A stretch of DNA of 63,440 bases, the filler included, from Rhabdomonas costata (taxonomy: Eukaryota), in the NCBI GenBank assembly GCA_019059605.1. It is 28 parts of 28 records of this genome, joined end to end, with 100 filler letters (N's around TTAATTAATTAA, not from the genome) between each part and the next. Parts side by side here need not be neighbours in the genome. Positions count along the whole stretch, not along the records: positions 1 to 2,167 come from JAHMHO010005090.1; positions 2,268 to 4,439 come from JAHMHO010005091.1; positions 4,540 to 6,711 come from JAHMHO010005092.1; positions 6,812 to 8,981 come from JAHMHO010005093.1; positions 9,082 to 11,252 come from JAHMHO010005094.1; 23 more parts are not named here. The stretch is one strand, 5' to 3'. Under the pieces are notes generated by a model. It did not search any database. It worked only from the letters and a program-made list of their open reading frames with translations, and was not told the DNA's origin. Positions 1-11,352 of the stretch are shown in pieces. Position 1 is the first letter of the stretch. Every line of letters begins with the position of its first letter. The translations under genes and the position numbers were made by a program.

Positions 1-404
1 GGGTATTTGTGTTCTAATCCACGCCATCACGCACACCCCTTCTAATTGGGCACTCTTTCCCCCCTTTTGTAAAAAGTCTCCCACCACCACCTCGTCCGCT
101 TTTCTGCTTCCTCTCTCACTCTCAGATGTTGTGTTCCGGCCTCTCCCCTGTCTCTGTCCCAACCTCTCCCGGGTTTCCCTATTCCGTGCTACTCCACTCC
201 TGGAAGGAAACATTCCTGTTCAACGGCGCATCTCCCGGTCCAGCCATCACCCTAGGAAATCAAACAAAAACGATGTGCATGTGCACATACCGCGTGGAGG
301 AGGAGGAGGACCGCACCGGGAAGGGGACCCCGTATTGCCGTTCTTCTGGTTGGGGTCTGGAGGAGGGCAGCCGCATTTCAAATCCGACACCCTGACGGAA
401 CGAA

Positions 405-2167
405 CCAGGTCGTACAGCTGACCATCGTAAAGCTGCACACGAAAGCTATCATTGAAGCCTGGGCCACATGGAGCAACTGTGTCCGCCGCGAAGACAACAG
501 AGTACCTCAGATCCGCATTGAAAGGAAGAGAGGCATTGGCCACCACCGCGCTGCCATTGTATAGAAGCACTCCTTGGGAGGGCAGCCCGCGGATCACCCA
601 TCTCAACTCCCACAGCGGGTGGTCCAATGAGGTGCCATTCAGAGGCACTGTAGTCGGAAAGTTTTGATCTGCGCTGATTGGGGGAAAGGGCATGGCCACA
701 GGGGCGTGGTCAATGGAAGTGATCCAAAGGGTAAATGTAAAAGGGCTGCTGATCCACAAAAACTGGTTGGGGCAGTCCGAAAGAGAGAAGCTGAAGCTGT
801 CCTGCCCATCGTGCAGCGGAAACGGCTTGTAGGACAGCTCATGAGGAGGACCAACCTGCGCACCCGGCGCATCGTATGTCCCCACCAGCTTCACGGCATC
901 CACTTCAATGTAGATTTGGGAAACGCTGCAATCAAACTCAAGCCGGAGGGTGTCCACGGGAAAGGGAGTGGCGCAGATCGGAATAGAGCGCACAATTGGG
1001 GCGCTAGGATCCACCGGAAGCGGAGCGCCCATCCAAAGAGTGAGCCACTGCCCAGCGGCATAGGGGTTGGGGGTGCGCACTCGCACCAGCGAGCGAGGAC
1101 CATCGTTCTGTGGTTGGATACTCAAAAGCGAATACACAGCCTTTTAAAAAAACTTAGGGTAAAGTAGTTGTTTTGGACCTTTCTGGGGTCCACGATAACT
1201 TTGTACTTCTGTGCTTGACTGGTTGCAGCACTAGTTCCCGTCACGCAAAGCCTTGGAGAGGTCATCATACACGGTCAAGTGGGAGGGTGGTGAGAATCGC
1301 AGGTGTTCTGAAGCTGGGAACACTTGCCTATCAAAACGGCAGAGGGCCTACTTGAATTCCGGACCCTGAAAACAGAGAAAGCAAGTAAACAAAGCTCTCA
1401 AAAAACACCTCCACGACAATCACATCCGTGGGGTAAAGCTTCGCCGAAAACTTCACCGTGATGAAGTCCGTGTAGCAAAACTGCGTCTCCATGCATGAGT
1501 AGTTGCTCCTCCAGGTGCTCCAGGCCAGGTGGTTGTCCCCATAGGTGAAGACGTCCTGCGCGCCCAGAACCCCAATGGCAGGCTCGCTGGGGTACTCGCT
1601 GCTGAAGGCCAGCACCTCAGAGACCCACAGTGCCGTGGTATTCGTTGCGGGCACCAGAGAGGTCACAGCTTTTCCGCTGCGGTACAGTGTGCCTTTGGTG
1701 GGAAGGCTACCGAGCAGAACGGTAGTGATGTCCTGCCCGTGCGCGGAAAAAACCCAACACACTTCCCAAGGTGAGAGTGAGACAAGCTGTACATACAAGA
1801 ACTTATTTAGGGGGCAGCGCGTAAGTTCCACCAAGAGAATAAGCAAAAGCCCAACGGACATCTGCACTTCAACAGACCCCGTTCGGATCATTCGCGTTAA
1901 AGCGGATGGGAACACCCGGCGAGTCCTCCAGTAGCGTCGCGTTGGGGGCAGTCCTAAGGACGGGGAGGGAGTTCGCATAGGTGACATCAACAGTAACAGT
2001 GCCAATAGCCGCAGGGTAGCTCATGTTGGCCTGGTGCACCGCTCGCTCAAGCACAGCGTACTGGAAGGAGGCGTACTCCGGCCCCCACCCATACCCAGTG
2101 CTTTGGAACATCACCTCGCAGCCTGGGTTGACGACCGGAGTCCCAGGGCTGGTGACCCGGGTGCCAT
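405..2167 (-). CDS. Fragment of a large surface/secreted protein: cadherin-like (Big_9/tandem-95-type) repeats flanking a pappalysin/FBXL4-like beta-sandwich domain
   Basis: Exons 2167-1878, 1732-1409 and 1107-~405 join in frame across GT-AG introns: LLEDSPGVPIRFNANDPNG|DITTVLLGSLPTKGTL...WVSEVLAFSSEY...VLGAQDVFTYGDNHLAW...IVVE|NDGPRSLV...LRLEFD...IEVDAVKLVG...GQDSFSFSLSD. The 3' boundary is uncertain. Confidence 0.75.
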
Positions 2168-2267
2168 NNNNNNNNNNNNNNNNNNNNNNNNNNNNNNNNN
2201 NNNNNNNNNNNTTAATTAATTAANNNNNNNNNNNNNNNNNNNNNNNNNNNNNNNNNNNNNNNNNNNN
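2168..2267. other. Artificial contig spacer N44-TTAATTAATTAA-N44 (first of 27, recurring about every 2.27 kb; last at 61176-61275)
   Basis: Identical 100-nt block with stops in all six frames separates contigs of near-identical length, as in a length-sorted concatenation. Confidence 0.99.
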
Positions 2268-2430
2268 GTGGGTTTGGTGGGTGTGGGTGGGTGGCATGGT
2301 GGGTGAGTGGTGGACGCGCGCGATGGCGGGGCTGGATAGTATCTAATGACATGACGGTTGCTCTTTGAAATTCGCGTATTTGGTCAGGAAATCGTGACGT
2401 GCTTGGCATTGGCTGCGTGTTGCCTCACAG

Positions 2431-3797
2431 GTTGGGTTGGGGCCGACTGCGGACTGCAGTGCCCTACTGGTTCCGGACTGTTATGCTCCGGCCACGGTCA
2501 GTGCGTGGCACAGAATCGCTCCGCTGGGCTTCCGGTTTGTTTGTGCATTTTTTCAATAGTGTTGATGGCGCCGTGGAACCGCTGTCGAACGGACTTTCCA
2601 TAGAAGGCCTCAAATGCCTCAAACATTTGTGCTTGGGCGACGTCGTCTTCGGCACAGGCACGAAATGGTTCCTTGGAAACCCCAGAAAATCGCAGCAGAA
2701 AACGCAACCACGCAACCACAGGGAGCTTGCACGATAAAAGGATAGACCTCGGAGTTGTTCATTGGATTGTTTAATGGAAGTTGTTCTCTCCTTGGGGTAG
2801 GTTTTTTGATTCCTGTGAGTGACAGGACTCGCAGATTGTGGCAGGCCGCAAAAACAATTCACAGTCCGCAGAAAGCTATACTTTATCCTGACTAACACCT
2901 CTATGACTGGGCTTGGCTTGAGGTGTGGCATAGGATGCACAATGCTGGGCGTGGTTGAAACGATGCACGATGCGTGTGTGTGTCCATCGGAAACCCCGAA
3001 GCACGTGAAGACCCGCGAAACTCACACGCGTACACACACGAGCACACATCAGCAAGCGCGTGCACTGACACGCACTCACGCAGTGGTACGGTCGCTGCTT
3101 GTGCGCTGCGGGCTACGGCAGCCCGGACTGCTCTGCGACCTGCCCCAAGGCGCCCAGCAATGGGCTTCCTTGCGGAGGTCCCTCGCAGGGAAGCTGCCAG
3201 GACGGCGACACCAACTCCGGTGAGTGCACATCCTCCCCTCCACACCCCCGTCCCACACTGGCTTTCGCAAGCAGTCATTGGCTCATCGATCCGCATCTGT
3301 GTTTTCCAATCCTACTCCATGCCCACTCTGTACGAATTCTCGGTGTTTCCTATGTTGCTGAAACTTCCATTTCCCTGGCTCCTACTATTCGTTGTCTCCT
3401 TTGATTCCCGTCGATCTCCTCGGCTCGTCGGCTTAAAACGGAGCACCTCTGCAGACCTAACAATTAGCCAACCGCTGAACCACGGGATTGCTAACCCTAA
3501 AAACAAAAGTTATACAACCTCCGACATGCCCAAATTTTTGTCGTTGACGTTTTTTTGTCGTTTGACATTTAGCCACCTGCTTGTGCACACTGGCCTTCAC
3601 CGGGACAACGTGCGACTCTTGCCTGTTTGGGTACTACGGGCCGAACTGCACCCAGAGCTGTCCGAACCTCAACTTCAGCACCAACCCGCCCTCCGTTTGC
3701 AGCGGCCATGGCTCCTGCCACCGTGTCACCGGGCAGTGCCTGTGCCAGCCCTTCTTTACGGGAACCATGTGCGAGCTGCCGTGCCCCACGGGAAATG
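2431..3797 (+). CDS. Fragment of an EGF/laminin-EGF repeat protein (tenascin/MEGF-like)
   Basis: Exons 2431-2534, 3084-3219 and 3573-3797 are phase-compatible with GT-AG introns. Repeated motifs CSGHGQC, CLCAAGYGSPDC, CLCTLAFTGTTC, CSGHGSC...CLCQPFFTGTMC. Confidence 0.85.
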
Positions 3798-4048
3798 GTG
3801 TGAGAAGGCGGAGGAGCGGACGCCACACAGTCGGGTTTGTGGTTATTCGGAGGACTAATGGACCGGTGACTTTCATAAACGGCCTACATTAACGAGAACC
3901 TCCGTCCGCTGGCCCTGCCGTCTTTGGTGGATTCAAATGAAATAAAGCTGGGGATGCCTATAAAACAAGAGAATAAATCGTTGCTAGCACACCGGCGTGC
4001 AGGTGGGCGGACGGAGTGCCAGCCTACAGTTCTTTCTCTTATCAGTAT

Positions 4049-4365
4049 GCAGGCCTGCAAAGGACCAAAAAGGGCCCTTGCAAGCCTGTGTAAAGGCTTG
4101 TAAAGGCAAAAAGGGCTCAAAAATACCCCAAAATGGACCTGAAATGGCCTCTAGCGTGGCTCTAAACCAAAGCATTCCGGCCCACTCCGGTGCCAGCATG
4201 AATTACTCCTGGGATCTACCCTTAGGTATGCTAAGCAGGCCCGGCCGAAAGCTTAGGCTCAGTATTCAGGCCTGCAAAGGTCCGAAAAGTGCACCCCAGG
4301 CCCTTGAAAATTTTCTAAGTAGAACATGCTCTTAAAAGGTCCAAAATGGGACCTTGAAGGGCCAT
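4049..4365. repeat. Degenerate local repeat (AGGCCTGCAAAGG...AAAA...GGCCCTTG units)
   Basis: CAGGCCTGCAAAGG occurs at about 4050 and 4268, with further decayed AAAGG(T/A)CCAAAA...CCTTG copies nearby. Confidence 0.45.
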
Positions 4366-4990
4366 ATCGGGGCGTAGAGAAGGACTCCGAAGCCGTAAAG
4401 CGGTCAACCAACTCATCTCAGGAGTTCTACCAACCAACANNNNNNNNNNNNNNNNNNNNNNNNNNNNNNNNNNNNNNNNNNNNTTAATTAATTAANNNNN
4501 NNNNNNNNNNNNNNNNNNNNNNNNNNNNNNNNNNNNNNNTTCGTCAATGAATATATTTTCACCAGCCCGTGTCACCAGCGGCTGGGGTTGCAAACGCCAG
4601 TTATTCATCCTGAACGCTTGTAGCGCACGGCAGAGGGACAGTTGTGGAGGCACAAGACGTTGGACCACAACAGTTGAGCTAGCACTTTCTGTGGCTTTCT
4701 GGATATAAATCATTTGGCACACGTTCAGCAGTGAACCTTTTTTGTTTAAGGTTCCTTGTATTGCTCATGTTGACACTGTATGATGTCCTGGACCTAACCC
4801 GACCCATCAGCAGGGCCCGACCCAGCGCAGGCCTAGTCCCGCCCCCCTCCATACACGCATTTGCAGGCATCTTCGCCGTGCCTCCCAGTGCGTCCCTTTT
4901 TGTGCCGGCTCATTTGGCGTGAACGTTTCCGGATTAGGAATTGAATGGAGTAAAATGATATGGGGCCGGGTGCAGCACAGGGGTGCATAC

Positions 4991-5607
4991 CCACAAAAAG
5001 GGTGTACAGCTTCACTGTGTACAGGGTTGGCCGTGCTCCCTGCGACACATGGCCCCACATCCGGTCCAGGAAGAACAGAGTATCGTACGGGTGGGAGGGG
5101 TACTGCAGCTCCCCGCGGTAGAACTCCAGACATATCCAGCAGTAGTACATCATCAGAGGGGACCCGATCATCACCTGAGTGGTTGGAAATAAACTTTCAT
5201 AAAATGAGAGCATTTCGCACTTCTTAGCAAAAACCAAAAATCAAAAACAACTATAAAAAAGGCCCTTCTTTATCCTGTCCTTCGTTGCACTGACGTTCCC
5301 ATGTCGGTAACTTGGATGTTTTCAATTCTCTTTTGATGTGTATCGGGCCGTATCCCCTCAAGGACTCTTTTTCTTTAGGGGGGTGGGGTTTGTCTCTTGA
5401 AGGCATATATTTTGCCTCTCGAAACGCTGCGGACAGTTCCTGCTTTTTTTTGCCTCGCGCTTTGTGCGTGATTTGGAGGGAGAGAGAGAGGCACTTCTTC
5501 GTGCACACCATCCCCGTTCCAATTGGGCCCCCAAACTCCCACACGACCTCCTTGTCGAGGTCCTTGACTTCTGTCCCTGTCTTGGTTCGAGACTGGGCGG
5601 AAGCCAT
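4991..5607 (-). CDS. ERG4: Sterol reductase of the ERG4/ERG24 family, most like Delta24(24(1))-sterol reductase; N-terminal two exons
   Basis: Exon 1 (5607-5509) and exon 2 (5174-4991) give MASAQ...VVWEFGGPIGTGM|VMIGSPLMMYYCWICLEFYRGELQYP...LYTLFV. This matches the ERG4 N-terminal pattern EFGG...MIGFPLLMYYMWICxEFYxG. Confidence 0.85.
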
Positions 5608-5656
5608 GGCTCCAGAGCTCCGCGGTTGGAGGTGGAGGGTGGGTGGAGGAGTAAGG

Positions 5657-5685
5657 CTGGCAAGAAGAAAAACCAATAAAGCAAA
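5657..5685 (-). promoter_or_regulatory. Polypyrimidine tract plus AG about 50 nt upstream of the ERG4 ATG; candidate spliced-leader trans-splice (or 5'UTR intron) acceptor
   Basis: Minus strand reads TTTGCTTTATTGGTTTTTCTTCTTGCCAG|CCTTAC...GCCATG. Confidence 0.45.
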
Positions 5686-6813
5686 GCCCAGGTTCGATCG
5701 ATGCAAGCAAGGGAGGAGACTTCCCTTCAGAGGCTGGTCCTGAGAGAACCCAAGGGCCCACCAAAAACAATCGCAAAGCAGCTGACAGAATGGAAAGAGC
5801 GGGAAGAAGGGGGATAGGGTTCACAGAGCGCCCTTCTGACAGGCACTGTGATGGCTTTCGGGCAGATCATCAAACGTGAACCTCGCATTATAGTGGTCTT
5901 TTCTGCGTTTCGATGAGGAAATGGCTGAGCCAACCTAACACCTGCACTGTGGGGCCACCCCCGGAGGAGTGGAATAGGCAGGGAAAGGGGGTTTCTCCCC
6001 CACAGCCCGGTCCCGGAGATGAAGTGTGGGGTGAGGGGCAACATCACGACTGGTGAAGGGTTAACACCCTCACCGTTTGTGGGCTTTGCTGAATGAGTGG
6101 GGCACACTTTTTAGGAGCGGAGACAGACCAATGCGCGTTAGCTGGTGGTTAAACCTACAAAAAGTCTGGCAAGGTTCAGGTTGGTCATATTTTGATGTTG
6201 TCTTCCGACCACGGGCATCGGGATAACTGCGCCAACATCCCTATGAATGGGATTACCCAAAGAACCAGTTTCCCCACCTCTCTTTCAATATCGTTTGGGT
6301 CCGGCTGGCCCCGACACTACTCAACTTCCAGATTTGCCCCAGCGAAATGCTAGGTTGGGAGGCGTGGATCTCCACAAGAGTTAACGCAAAGACGCAAAGG
6401 GCGCCATTTATGGGAACGATTTGGGAATTTCTTCTTTCGACCGTAGCGAGATCCAGCAGCACTACAACCAGGAAAATGGACAAATGGAAGACTAGCTTCC
6501 AAACACTACAGCGTCGTACTGGTCACCACAGCACTACAAACGTGTATGATCATCCATGACGTGGGATGTGGGGTCGGAACTGCGAAAACCTCAGCCGATC
6601 ACCGTGCCAAAAGTGGACAGTCTCCGGTGCAATGGCGGCTTCAACGGTGCCAGCTTCAGCGCGCAAAACTGTGGGCTAGTCCATCCCTCCACAAACTTCC
6701 ACCACAACCCCNNNNNNNNNNNNNNNNNNNNNNNNNNNNNNNNNNNNNNNNNNNNTTAATTAATTAANNNNNNNNNNNNNNNNNNNNNNNNNNNNNNNNN
6801 NNNNNNNNNNNTC

Positions 6814-7171
6814 ACAATCTTCGGTCGTGTGACGAAAGGTATGCTGCCTTCCTTTTTTTCTTTTTGTTTGTTTGTTTTGGAAGGCCATCAGCATCCGAGC
6901 TTGTTTTTGGAGAAACGCGACCCGTCATCCAATCTCATTTATTTAAGTTTCCTTCATTTCCCCTCGTCTACCGCAGTATTGTGATCCCAAGGTGTCCCTT
7001 TTCTGTGGGGAAAGTTGTTGGTGTATGTGTATGTTGTGGGTTGTGTCTGCGGATGTCCTTAACCACACCTCCGCAGGGATGGATGTTGTGCAAGCCATTG
7101 AGAAGTCCAAGACCGACCGCAGTGACAAGCCCCTGAAGGACATTAAGATTGTGAATATCGAGGTTTTGTAA
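6814..7171 (+). CDS. C-terminus of a cyclophilin-type peptidyl-prolyl isomerase, PPWD1/CYP71-like
   Basis: Exons 6814-6838 and 7077-7171 with a GT-AG intron at 6839-7076 give TIFGRVTKG|MDVVQAIEKSKTDRSDKPLKDIKIVNIEVL*. Confidence 0.85.
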
Positions 7172-9081
7172 TATGAACACGGGCAGCTTGGTGACTGGCT
7201 GTGCTTGCATTTGGCACACCGTTAACTTGCGTTGAAGGAGTGAGCGGGAGATACCTAACTGTTGTTTGAGTTCAGGAACGTGCGTAGCTCGTACGGCACT
7301 AGATCCGAAATCAAAAACGCCATCCTTCCTCAGCAATGAGCACAGGCTTCCTTTTGCTTCCCCTCCATCTGCTGCTGCATCGAGTTTGTTAGTCGCCCAT
7401 CATTAACCGTAACCCTGATCCCAAACCCAGCGTTTGGCAACGAGAAGCTTTACCACTTGTCAAGGTTAGCAAGTCCAAGACCAGCGTCCCAGCTTCGCCC
7501 CGTCGCGCCTTCCCCGCATTGTGGATTCCCCCCGCTGCACGGTCAGAATGGGAATCCTCCAAGGCAGAATTCACGCAAGACTTCGAGCATCTCTTTGGGG
7601 GGCAGGCAAATCGATTGGGGCAGGGACAAAAGCGGAAAGCACCGCAGTTGATGGGTTGTGATTCACCGCCGAAGACCTTATCTTGCCCTTCGTTCTCCGG
7701 GCTGTCGTGTCCTAGGCAATCCAGCTACCGCCGGGGCGCGTTGCCGATAGCTACCGGGGCTCCGCGCACTGCTGCGGACAGCGTTTGTTTCAAGACCGGG
7801 CCAACTGCTGGTTTTCCACCTTCCTCATTCTCGATTCCCTTGTTTAATTGTTTGGCCCGGGATCCCTCTATAAAATGACCGACCGCACTGTTGTGGCCGC
7901 TCATAACACAGAACTCAGTCTCGAGCACTGTTAAGTCTGCATCTCATATCCAAATAATGCCTCAGTCCTTTGTGCATTCCCATGAAGCATCCTTCTTACG
8001 CATTGGCTTCTGCCCACACAAAACCCCTTTTGGATCAGATCGTGCCTTCCACAAGTTCCTCCCGAAATTCTATCGATTTCGCTTACATCTTTCCCATTCA
8101 CCCCTTTTCCCCACAAAATCCTCTTTCCTGTTGTGCCCCTTGACAAGTCCCATTCTTCTCCACTCCCGTCGAATTTTATGGCCGATTCTCTCGCTCATTC
8201 TTCCCTCATCCATCTTGTGGGCCAAATCATGGCTGGACAACCCACTACCTTTGGCACAACACAGTTCTTTTGACAGGCTGTTTCTTTTCAACCCACACCT
8301 TGGTTCGAGTCCCCTTGCGTTACATTGCGCTTTTCATCCCCTCATCCCATTTTCGCCCCTGTTTTGTACATTATTGCGTGTTTTCCCATGACTGGTTTTG
8401 GGTTTATTAAAAGTGCAATTCTACCGCTGAAATTTGTCGGAAATTTTCTACCGAGTTTTCCAAATTAATCATCAGGCTTTAGAATCAATCTCCATCAAAG
8501 CTTTTACTTTTCTGAGAGTTTTCCAATGCTTTACTTGTAAATTCCCTCTTGGCTTTCTTTTACCTCTTTCAGAGCGTCCAAATCCCAACCGCCAACCGAC
8601 GTCTCGGAATCAGGCGGCGTGCTTTTCTTTTCCTGTTAGTCCCTTCTCCTTCTTTCGATCTTCCTGTGTTGAACTTACTGTGTGAACTGTGATTCCCTAC
8701 CTGTGAAAGCTTCCACCGATGATTCTTCACTTCAGTGGAAGAGAGAAAACAAACTGAGATCATACCCAGAAGAAGTTATCGAGGTGGGTTTGTTAACTAA
8801 AATCAAAAGGGTAAAAACCCAGAGTAGATCCGGGATACCGGACTCTAACACCCACCGCCTTGCTCCAACAACTGCTGTTGGCGGTATAGCAGATCCAGGC
8901 CCCCAAAAGCCTGGAACAAAGCCACCTGGCGCTACAGTCCAAGGTTGCGGCGTCCGCCCACTCTCCCCGACACCCTCTCTTNNNNNNNNNNNNNNNNNNN
9001 NNNNNNNNNNNNNNNNNNNNNNNNNTTAATTAATTAANNNNNNNNNNNNNNNNNNNNNNNNNNNNNNNNNNNNNNNNNNNN

Positions 9082-10844
9082 TGTGGGTGGGGTGGCGCGC
9101 CCCAGAACATCCCAGGGGGAGGCCCGTAGAGCCCCGGAGGGCCGTAGTACCGCTCATAAAAATCTGTAGTAGGCAGAAAAAATGAAAACCGAACAAGGGA
9201 GTTCGGTCACACTGGCGAGAAGATATGTCTATAGAACTAATCGCTGTGTGAAAACCTGAAAGGGCCTTAGACAAGGGACTTATACGTTCCCAAGACCCTA
9301 ATTTAGAAGATGTCAGTAATATAGGAAATGTAATGGAACATGAGGCGGGTGGGGTGTCTGCCCACACAAAATAGAGGCGTATCCGCGGGCAGGCACGGAA
9401 GAGGAAAGCGGGGTAGAGGCGGCCCACCAGCGGTCCGCCTGGTAAGTCAGCACTGACGAGAGGAAATTGCACTGCATTGCACTGCAAGCTCCGCCCTCTC
9501 TACGATCCGCGAGCAGCCTTCTTCTCAGAGAACTACCCTCAAAGACACACAGGGGGAAGCTCTGCGCCCCACGAGATGCGCGAGGCCCCGCGAACAGCAG
9601 AACCCGCGCATTTATCCTGCATTGCGGGTGTGGGGCATCAGCGGAAACCCGCCGAGGAAAGCACAAGCCCCTGGCAATTCTGAAGTCCTCAACAATGACA
9701 ACCGCAGAAAAGCGCACATAGCACGTTACCCACCACTTACCCCTCTCGCCGCACAAAGACCCAGCGTGCTGGTAGAAAAGCACGTGCGGCAGAGACTGAT
9801 AACAATCTGGTAGAAGGTCGGTGTCGGGCTCACTTTTACAAACTTACACGAACACGAACACACACCTCTGTCTCTGTCGCTGGGGCGATGCCGAGGAGGG
9901 TCATCATAGAAGCGGCGGGGTCCGGGACCACTGCCAACCATGTTGCGCATCCGCCTGCGGAGAAGACAGCCCATCAACGTAAGAAATGGGTTTCACGAAT
10001 TTCAAATATTGGGTATTATTGAAATGAAGCCCGTGGCTAGGTACACCGTTTCATCCTGCCAGTGACCAGCGAAACGTTCGCAGCAATGGGCGCGGGGTGA
10101 GAGCGCCTCTGGAGGACAACACAAACCTCAGGATGTCGGGGTTGGTGGCAAGCTTCAGGGTGACCTCCTTCTCCACAGCGATGCGGGTGTCACGGAAGTC
10201 CTCAGCGCCCTTAAAACGCCGCAGGAGCTTTTCCGCGTCCTCGCGGTTCTTGACCTCAATAAAAGCACACCTGAAACATGAACAGCGAAAAAGCTTGCGT
10301 CAGCGGAGCTGAACTGTTCCTCATGCAGACGCCTGCAGGCCATTCAGGTCTCCCACACATGCTTCTGCATGCTTCTGAGACAGTCTGAATCTCCGCTAAA
10401 AAGAGACCACAGTTGCCTTCCACAGATAGATCAATCCCCGAATGCAACTGTTCAGCTGGAGCGATGGGTCATCTCTCAATCATTCCTGTCGGGGCTCAAC
10501 CCTCAGTTCGAACTCGGGGTCAGAGTCAAATGGGATGGGACGGGGCTGAAAAGACTGGAATGGTGCCAATGCTGCTCTACTACCGTCACCATCGCCAAGC
10601 GAAAGTCCCTGCCAGCACCAAAAGGGACATCCATTACGTCGCAGCTCAAATAGTGGGAGGAAAAGGGGAGAAAGAATTTGACGTGCCTGCCGTTCATGAA
10701 GACATTGACAAGGCGGACATGCTTGCCAAGCGTCACCTCGACGTCACTGCGGCGGACGTCTCGGGTGATGCCGCCGAGGAAAAGCAGGTTGCCATAGCCC
10801 GTGTCGTTGTCCCTGTCCTGGAGAACACCGCCAGGACGCACCAA
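9082..10844 (-). CDS. RRM-domain RNA-binding protein with a Pro/Gly/Arg-rich tail (fragment)
   Basis: Exons ~10844-10687 (RNP2 LLFLGGI), 10270-10127 (RNP1 RCAFIEV...EDAEKLL), 9954-9866 and ~9165-9082 (DFYERYYGPPGLYGPPPG). The first intron is GC-AG. Extra small exons are possible. Confidence 0.75.
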
Positions 10845-11352
10845 AGATAAACGCGGAACCTCCCGATGTGAGGTGGATGTGAGGTAGGTTTACCAACTTG
10901 AGGAAAAAGAAGCTGGCTGTTGCGGTCCACCTTTGTTACCTCGCTCCCATATCGCCAGACGCAGCAATTCCAAGAATGGGCCCGAACTAAAGGCCAAACT
11001 ACAGCAACTAACACCCCAAAAGTAAGAATAGTGCGCAATGAATTCCAATATGAAGGTTTTTCTAGCTAGCCTTTTTCGGCGGTGGATATTCTGTTTTTAT
11101 CGTCTATCCGTTTTTACTTTACGGTGTGCTGGCTGTTGTAGGACTTGCAATGCTTTCTCCAGAATTTCTCTAAAGAAGGGACTGTAAATGCTTGTTCCCT
11201 TGCCTGCAAGCAACACCCCCCCCCCCATGTAAGAGAATAAACAGTGCGCAACNNNNNNNNNNNNNNNNNNNNNNNNNNNNNNNNNNNNNNNNNNNNTTAA
11301 TTAATTAANNNNNNNNNNNNNNNNNNNNNNNNNNNNNNNNNNNNNNNNNNNN

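Noticed and set aside
2212..2223. TTAATTAATTAA recurring every ~2.27 kb, superficially like a regularly spaced repeat or CRISPR array
   Set aside because: It is embedded in N runs and is an artificial six-frame-stop linker. ORFs ending in X...LIN are artefacts of it.
2498..2719. Antisense ORF inside the EGF gene intron (possible nested gene)
   Set aside because: Short, no recognisable family, and no phase-compatible neighbouring exons.
8296..8316. GGTTCGAGTCCC, tRNA T-loop-like motif
   Set aside because: No T stem, anticodon arm, D arm or acceptor stem.
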